A stretch of 64,000 nucleotides of DNA, from assembly GCA_024405415.1 (NCBI GenBank), contig JAKSOV010000001.1:16685-80684 (forward strand), written 5' to 3'. Source of the DNA: Akkermansia sp. GTDB lineage: Bacteria; Verrucomicrobiota; Verrucomicrobiia; Verrucomicrobiales; Akkermansiaceae. Both the position numbers and the translations under genes were made by a program. Every line of letters begins with the position of its first letter. Within the stretch, counting starts at the first letter, position 1. This document shows positions 59,949 to 64,000 of the stretch, piece by piece. The notes under the pieces are model-generated. The model made no database searches. It was not told the DNA's origin and saw only the letters and a program-made list of their open reading frames with translations.

Positions 59949-60525
59949 GGTTCTTCACGTAGCGGGCGGCGAAGATGGATTTACCCATCGCCTCCCATTG
60001 TTTCTGGAAATCGGTCTTGGGGTAGAAGGGGGCGTTCCACTCCTCGCGGCGGAAGAGGGGCGAGGCATCCAAACGCTCGCAGACCCACTCAAAATACTCC
60101 TCGTGGTCGGTCTTGAACAGGAACTCGCCGTCCTCCGCCAGCGCGCGGTGCAGGATGGGGATGAAGGACTCCTGCACGAGGCGGTTCTTGTGGTGTTTCT
60201 CCTTGGGCCACGGGTCGGGGAAGAGGTAGTGCAGGCGGCTGATGCTGCCCGGCTCCATCATCCATTCGAGGAAGTAGCGGCTCTCCGTGCGCAGCCCGCG
60301 CACATTGTTCAGCCCGCGTTTCTCGCTCTCGTTGCACACCTTGCGGATGCGGCCCAGCAGACGCTCCACACCGAGAAAGCGCGTCTCGGGGTAGTGCTCC
60401 GCCATTTGCAGCAGGAAACCGCCGTCCCCGCAGCCGAGGTCTACTTCACAGGTTTCCCCCGCGCCGAAAATCTCGGCAACGGAGTGGCGGGCAAAGTAAT
60501 CCTGCGGAACAAAGGCGGTATTCAT
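59938..60525 (-). CDS. trmB: tRNA (guanine46-N7)-methyltransferase
   Basis: EVDLGCGDGGFLL, YLFPDPWPKEKHHKNRL. Confidence 0.92.
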   Translation of the reverse strand: MNTAFVPQDYFARHSVAEIFGAGETCEVDLGCGDGGFLLQMAEHYPETRFLGVERLLGRIRKVCNESEKRGLNNVRGLRTESRYFLEWMMEPGSISRLHYLFPDPWPKEKHHKNRLVQESFIPILHRALAEDGEFLFKTDHEEYFEWVCERLDASPLFRREEWNAPFYPKTDFQKQWEAMGKSIFAARYVKNHVL

Positions 60526-60533
60526 CGCGCGCC

Positions 60534-60562
60534 ATTGTAGCGAAACCCGCCGCGAAAGTCAA
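60534..60562 (-). promoter_or_regulatory. Sigma-70-like promoter, leaderless configuration (trmB)
   Basis: Minus strand: TTGACT-17-TACAAT-8 nt-ATG(60525). Confidence 0.5.
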
Positions 60563-60588
60563 ACTGCGAATAGGTGTAAGACACCGTC

Positions 60589-61524
60589 TCAGGGCTTTTC
60601 TTCCCACGCGGGCAGTTCCGTACCGATGAGCCACGGGGTGTATTCTGCCGGAATCTCAGATTGAATCGCCACGCGGTGACCGTCTGCGGGGTGGTTGAAG
60701 GCGAGGCGCCAAGCGTGCAGCATCAGGCGTCCGGGCTTGGCCTTTTGGCGCTGCGGATGGGCGTAGATGGGGTCGCCGATGAGCGGGTGGCCGAGGTGGA
60801 GCATGTGCACGCGGATTTGGTGCGTGCGGCCTGTGTGCAGGGTACACATCACGAGGGAGGAGTCCGAGGCCGCATCATAGCGCAGCACACGCCAGTCCGT
60901 GATGGCGGGCTTGCCGCTGCCGGGGTTGACGACGGCCATTTTGAGGCGGTTCACGGGGTGGCGACCGATGTTCGTGAACACGGTGCCTTCCGCCTCCCGC
61001 GGGCAGCCCTGTACGACGGCAAGGTAGATTTTCGAAGTGTCGCGCTCCGCAAACTGCGTGGTGAGGGAGAGGTGCGCGGCGTCATTCTTGGCGACTACGA
61101 TGCAGCCGCTGGTGTCCTTGTCCAAGCGGTGCACGATGCCGGGGCGCTCTACACCGCCGATGCCCGAGAGATTGCCCGCGCAATGGAAGAGCACGGCGTT
61201 CACCAGCGTGCCGTCCGGGTTGCCCGCGGCGGGGTGCACCACCATGCCGCTCTCCTTGTCGATGACGATGACGTCCTTGTCCTCGTAGAGCACGGAGATG
61301 GGGATATCCTGCGGCTGCGCCTCGGCCGGCTCCGGCTCGGGGATGTCCACCTCGATACGCATGTTGCGCTCCACGGGTGTTTTGGCCTTCGCCGGCTTGC
61401 CGTTCACAAGGATGTCGCCGCTTTTCAGCAGCGCCTGAATGCGCGCGCGGGACAGCTCCGGCAGCTGCTGCGCCAAATACTGGTCGAGGCGCGACCCGAG
61501 GGAGTCTTCTACGATGATAATCAC
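60589..61524 (-). CDS. rluD: RluA-family 23S rRNA pseudouridine synthase (RluD-like)
   Basis: N-terminal S4 domain (LDQYLAQQL...RIQALLKSGDILVNGK), the catalytic motif HRLDKDTSGCIVVAKN, and GRTHQIRVH. Confidence 0.9.
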   Translation of the reverse strand: MIIIVEDSLGSRLDQYLAQQLPELSRARIQALLKSGDILVNGKPAKAKTPVERNMRIEVDIPEPEPAEAQPQDIPISVLYEDKDVIVIDKESGMVVHPAAGNPDGTLVNAVLFHCAGNLSGIGGVERPGIVHRLDKDTSGCIVVAKNDAAHLSLTTQFAERDTSKIYLAVVQGCPREAEGTVFTNIGRHPVNRLKMAVVNPGSGKPAITDWRVLRYDAASDSSLVMCTLHTGRTHQIRVHMLHLGHPLIGDPIYAHPQRQKAKPGRLMLHAWRLAFNHPADGHRVAIQSEIPAEYTPWLIGTELPAWEEKP

Positions 61525-61528
61525 GGCC

Positions 61529-62287
61529 TTACATTCCTGTCGGGTTATCGATAAAAACGGTCTCCAGCCCGAAGCGCTCCTCCAGCAGACGGCCCAGAGC
61601 CTTCACACCGAAGGTCTCCGTGGCGTAGTGCCCGGCGAAGAGGATGTTCATGCCCATGTCCTCTGCGGCGTTCACCACCCAATGGTTCTCCTCGCCCGTC
61701 AGGTAGGTCGTATACCCCTTGTCGTGCATTTGGTAGATGCAGTCGCCGCCGCCGCCGCTACACAGGGCGATGCGGCCCGCGGGGGCATCCGCATTCACGA
61801 TGCAGCCCGTGACGGGAGCGCCTGTCAGCTGGGCAAAAGCCTCTTTCAGCTCACCGACCGTGCCTGCGTAGACGCCCGACAGGCCGATGAGCGTGCCGTG
61901 GTAATCCACCTCGGGCAGCACGTCCTGTAAGCCTAAGCCCTTGGCAATGCCCGCGTTGTTGCCCAGCTCGGGGTGCAGGTCCAGCGGCAGGTGGGCGGCG
62001 TACACCGCGAGGTCAGCGTTGAGACAGGTCTCTACCTTCTTCTTCCACCAGCCCGTCAGCGGGCGCAGGCCGCTCCAGAAAATGCCGTGGTGGAGGATGA
62101 GTAAGTCCGCATCGGCGGCAACGGCGGCTTCAATCGTCTTCTGCGAGCCGTCCACCGCGAGCGCCACCTTGGAGACGCCGCCGCTGTTTTCCACCTGTAA
62201 GCCGTTGAGCGCCACGGGGGCATCCTTCACGCTGTTGATATTCAGCGTGCTGTCCAGCAGGGCGGTGATGTCGGAGAGTGCGGTCAT
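61529..62287 (-). CDS. Nif3-like dinuclear metal centre protein (YbgI family)
   Basis: 252 aa. DADLLILHHGIFW..., a second His-containing metal motif (AGHYATE). Confidence 0.85.
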   Translation of the reverse strand: MTALSDITALLDSTLNINSVKDAPVALNGLQVENSGGVSKVALAVDGSQKTIEAAVAADADLLILHHGIFWSGLRPLTGWWKKKVETCLNADLAVYAAHLPLDLHPELGNNAGIAKGLGLQDVLPEVDYHGTLIGLSGVYAGTVGELKEAFAQLTGAPVTGCIVNADAPAGRIALCSGGGGDCIYQMHDKGYTTYLTGEENHWVVNAAEDMGMNILFAGHYATETFGVKALGRLLEERFGLETVFIDNPTGM

Positions 62288-63270
62288 TTGTCTTCGTTGT
62301 AGGAGCTGAGCTTGGGGGAATTGGCGCGGATTTCGTCGTGCAGACGGCGGTTGAACTCAGCCGCCATGTCGTAACCGCTCTCGCGCAGGTATTGGCCAAG
62401 GGCCGCCACCTCCACCAGACGCGTCATATCGCGGCCGGGCGCAACGGGCAGGGTGATTTTTTCCACCTCCACGCCGAGGATGGTGGTCATGCGCCGCTCC
62501 AGCCCGAGACGTTCATGCTCCGTCATCTCGCCGGACTCGGTGAGGTTGATGACGAGGTTGATTTTCTTCTCTCGGCGGTAGGCCTTGAGGCCGAATAGGT
62601 TGGTGACGTTGATGATGCCGATGCCGCGAATCTCGATGTAGCCGCGGCTCATGGAGGGGGAGGTAGCTACCAGCTCGCCGCTGATGTTGCGGATGCGCAC
62701 CATGTCGTCCGCCACCAGCGAGGCGCCGCGCTCCACCAGGCCGAGAGAGATTTCGCTCTTGCCCACGCCGCCCTTGCCCGTGAGCAGCACGCCGACGCCG
62801 CGCACATCCACCATGCAGGCGTGCAAGGTCGTGCTGTCCGCAAACTCATTCTCGAGAATGAGCGTGGTGCGGTTCATAATCTGCATCGTCGTCAGCTTGG
62901 AGCGGAACACCGATACGGAAAAGCGGTCTGCCATGGAGAGAATATCCTGCGGTACCTCCACATTGTTGGCAAAGATGAGGCAGGGCACATCATCACAGAA
63001 AATGCCTTGCAGACGCTGTTGGCGCAGCTCGCCCTCCAGCGTGGAGAGATAGGCCATTTCCGCTGTGCCGAACACTTGGATTCGCTCGTGCGCAAAGTAG
63101 CCCAGATAGCCCGCCAGCGCTAAGCCGGGGCGGTTGATGGAGGGCTGCAGGATGTTGCGCGACATGCCCAGCGGGCTGTTGAGCAGCCGCAGCTCCAACT
63201 GGCTGCGGTACAGCTCATAAAATCGCGCGACGGAAACCTGTTCCACTTTGCGGACGATGGGGTCTTTCAT
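62284..63270 (-). CDS. hprK: HPr kinase/phosphorylase
   Basis: VDVRGVGVLLTGKGGVGKSEISLGLVERGASLVADD, IEIRGIGIINV. The ATG at 63270 is preferred because the GTG at 63288 lies inside the -10 region. Confidence 0.92.
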   Translation of the reverse strand: MKDPIVRKVEQVSVARFYELYRSQLELRLLNSPLGMSRNILQPSINRPGLALAGYLGYFAHERIQVFGTAEMAYLSTLEGELRQQRLQGIFCDDVPCLIFANNVEVPQDILSMADRFSVSVFRSKLTTMQIMNRTTLILENEFADSTTLHACMVDVRGVGVLLTGKGGVGKSEISLGLVERGASLVADDMVRIRNISGELVATSPSMSRGYIEIRGIGIINVTNLFGLKAYRREKKINLVINLTESGEMTEHERLGLERRMTTILGVEVEKITLPVAPGRDMTRLVEVAALGQYLRESGYDMAAEFNRRLHDEIRANSPKLSSYNEDK

Positions 63271-63279
63271 GCGGGTGAG

Positions 63280-63308
63280 ATTGTACACGAGCGCGCGCGG
63301 AGGGTCAA
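63280..63308 (-). promoter_or_regulatory. Sigma-70-like promoter, near-leaderless (hprK)
   Basis: Minus strand: TTGACC-17-TACAAT-9 nt-ATG(63270). Confidence 0.5.
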
Positions 63309-63311
63309 GCT

Positions 63312-63509
63312 CGACAAATGGGGATTTACTAGGTACTATGTACTAGGTACTATTTGTAAAGTTCGGCGGCTAACGCCGCGAGATAACGACCCCCGTTCTG
63401 ACGCAAGCGTCAGAACGGGGGGGGCCATCCTTGCGGCGAAGCCGCACTCTATTCCCAAATAGTACCTAGTACATAGTACCTAGTAAATCCCGACAAATCC
63501 CCATTTGTC
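63312..63509. repeat. Palindromic intergenic element with heptamer-repeat arms
   Basis: The left arm 63321-63355 (GGGATT + TACTAGG-TACTATG-TACTAGG-TACTATT + TG) is the perfect reverse complement of 63456-63490. The outer GACAAATGGGG/CCCCATTTGTC pairing is interrupted by a 10 nt duplication. The 100 nt core holds three hairpins, including a 14 bp stem CCCCGTTCTGACGC/GCGTCAGAACGGGG. Confidence 0.85.
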
Positions 63510-64000
63510 ATTCCGCGTCCATGGCGGGGGCGGGGGCCGGGTTGCCCGTGCCGTCATCCACGACATCGAGGCCCTGAGCCTGCAGCTGCTGAATCATCTC
63601 GGGCGTGAGCTGCATGGGCATGCCGCCCCGGGGAGCCTCATTCTTGGAGATGTCGTGCAGCTTCACCGTGAAGATGAGGGTGGAGTTGGCACCGATGGGG
63701 CCGGGGGCCTGCTCGCCGTAGCCGAGGGCAGCGGGAATGCAGATTTCCCACTCGGAGCCGATGGGCATGGCCTTCAGCGCCTCGGAGAAACCGGGCACCA
63801 CCTGAGAGATGGGCATGGGGATGGGCTGCTCTGCCTTGTCGAAAGTCTTGCCGTCAATCTTCTTGCCCTCGTAGGTCACGTTGGCGATGGCGTCGGCGCC
63901 GTCTTCCTGCTCGTTGTAGGTGCGGCCCTCACCCTTGGTAAGGACGTGGTTCATCAGGCCTGATTCGGTCTTGGTGACGCCCTCCTGCTTGGCGAACTCG
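63508..64000 (-). CDS. FKBP-type peptidyl-prolyl cis-trans isomerase, N-terminus outside the window
   Basis: YEGKKIDGKTFD..., VVPGFSEALKAMPIGSEWEICIPAALGYGE, STLIFTVKLHDI. The frame stays open to the window end (…EFAKQEGVTKTESGLMNHV). Confidence 0.85.
   Translation of the reverse strand, partial: EFAKQEGVTKTESGLMNHVLTKGEGRTYNEQEDGADAIANVTYEGKKIDGKTFDKAEQPIPMPISQVVPGFSEALKAMPIGSEWEICIPAALGYGEQAPGPIGANSTLIFTVKLHDISKNEAPRGGMPMQLTPEMIQQLQAQGLDVVDDGTGNPAPAPAMDAE

Overview
This is a GC-rich bacterial chromosomal segment. No rRNA, tRNA, CRISPR array or transposase was found by eye. Gene content suggests a PVC/Verrucomicrobia-like glycan degrader (inference): a PEP-CTERM anchor, chlamydial Pmp-type GGA[ILV]/FxxN repeats, Sel1-repeat proteins, nanA plus an AGE epimerase, and a GH36 enzyme.

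Core genes: thyA-folA, groESL, dnaK, recN, hemW, two PFK paralogs, acnA, a large ABC fusion protein, prmA-tsaB, HU, mscL, a type IIA topoisomerase B subunit, queE, dxs, aroE, yajC, tgt, trmB, rluD, hprK.

Accessory, visibly AT-rich DNA is inserted around the chaperone genes:
- A ~6 kb island (6.3-12.2 kb) holds two convergent KAP-family P-loop NTPases bracketing three small ORFs.
- A two-gene cassette (GIY-YIG protein plus a palm-domain cyclase-like protein) sits between dnaK and groES.

A third accessory locus (25.5-31.4 kb) holds a Fic gene bracketed by iteron-like direct repeats. It also holds a ~490 nt structured non-coding module, which has a second copy at 57.1 kb. The rest of the locus is a tyrosine recombinase and a compositionally chimeric Pmp-like adhesin gene.

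Main hunt results:
1. The KAP/KAP island is a candidate uncharacterised defence-like system.
2. The GIY-YIG plus cyclase-like cassette is a second candidate.
3. dnaK has a textbook sigma-54 architecture: a perfect TGGCAC-N5-TTGCA, an IHF consensus site and upstream palindromes.
4. There is an orphan promoter-terminator pair of about 74 nt, a candidate sRNA.
5. Fifteen genes have a sigma-70-like promoter whose -10 box ends 6-11 nt before the ATG, which implies pervasive leaderless mRNAs.
6. A family of intergenic elements has arms that are always four tandem heptamers of locus-specific sequence.
7. One operon carries a PFK paralog and a PBP5-like lipoprotein that have both lost catalytic residues.

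All coordinates and motifs were read by eye. No database search or statistics were run.
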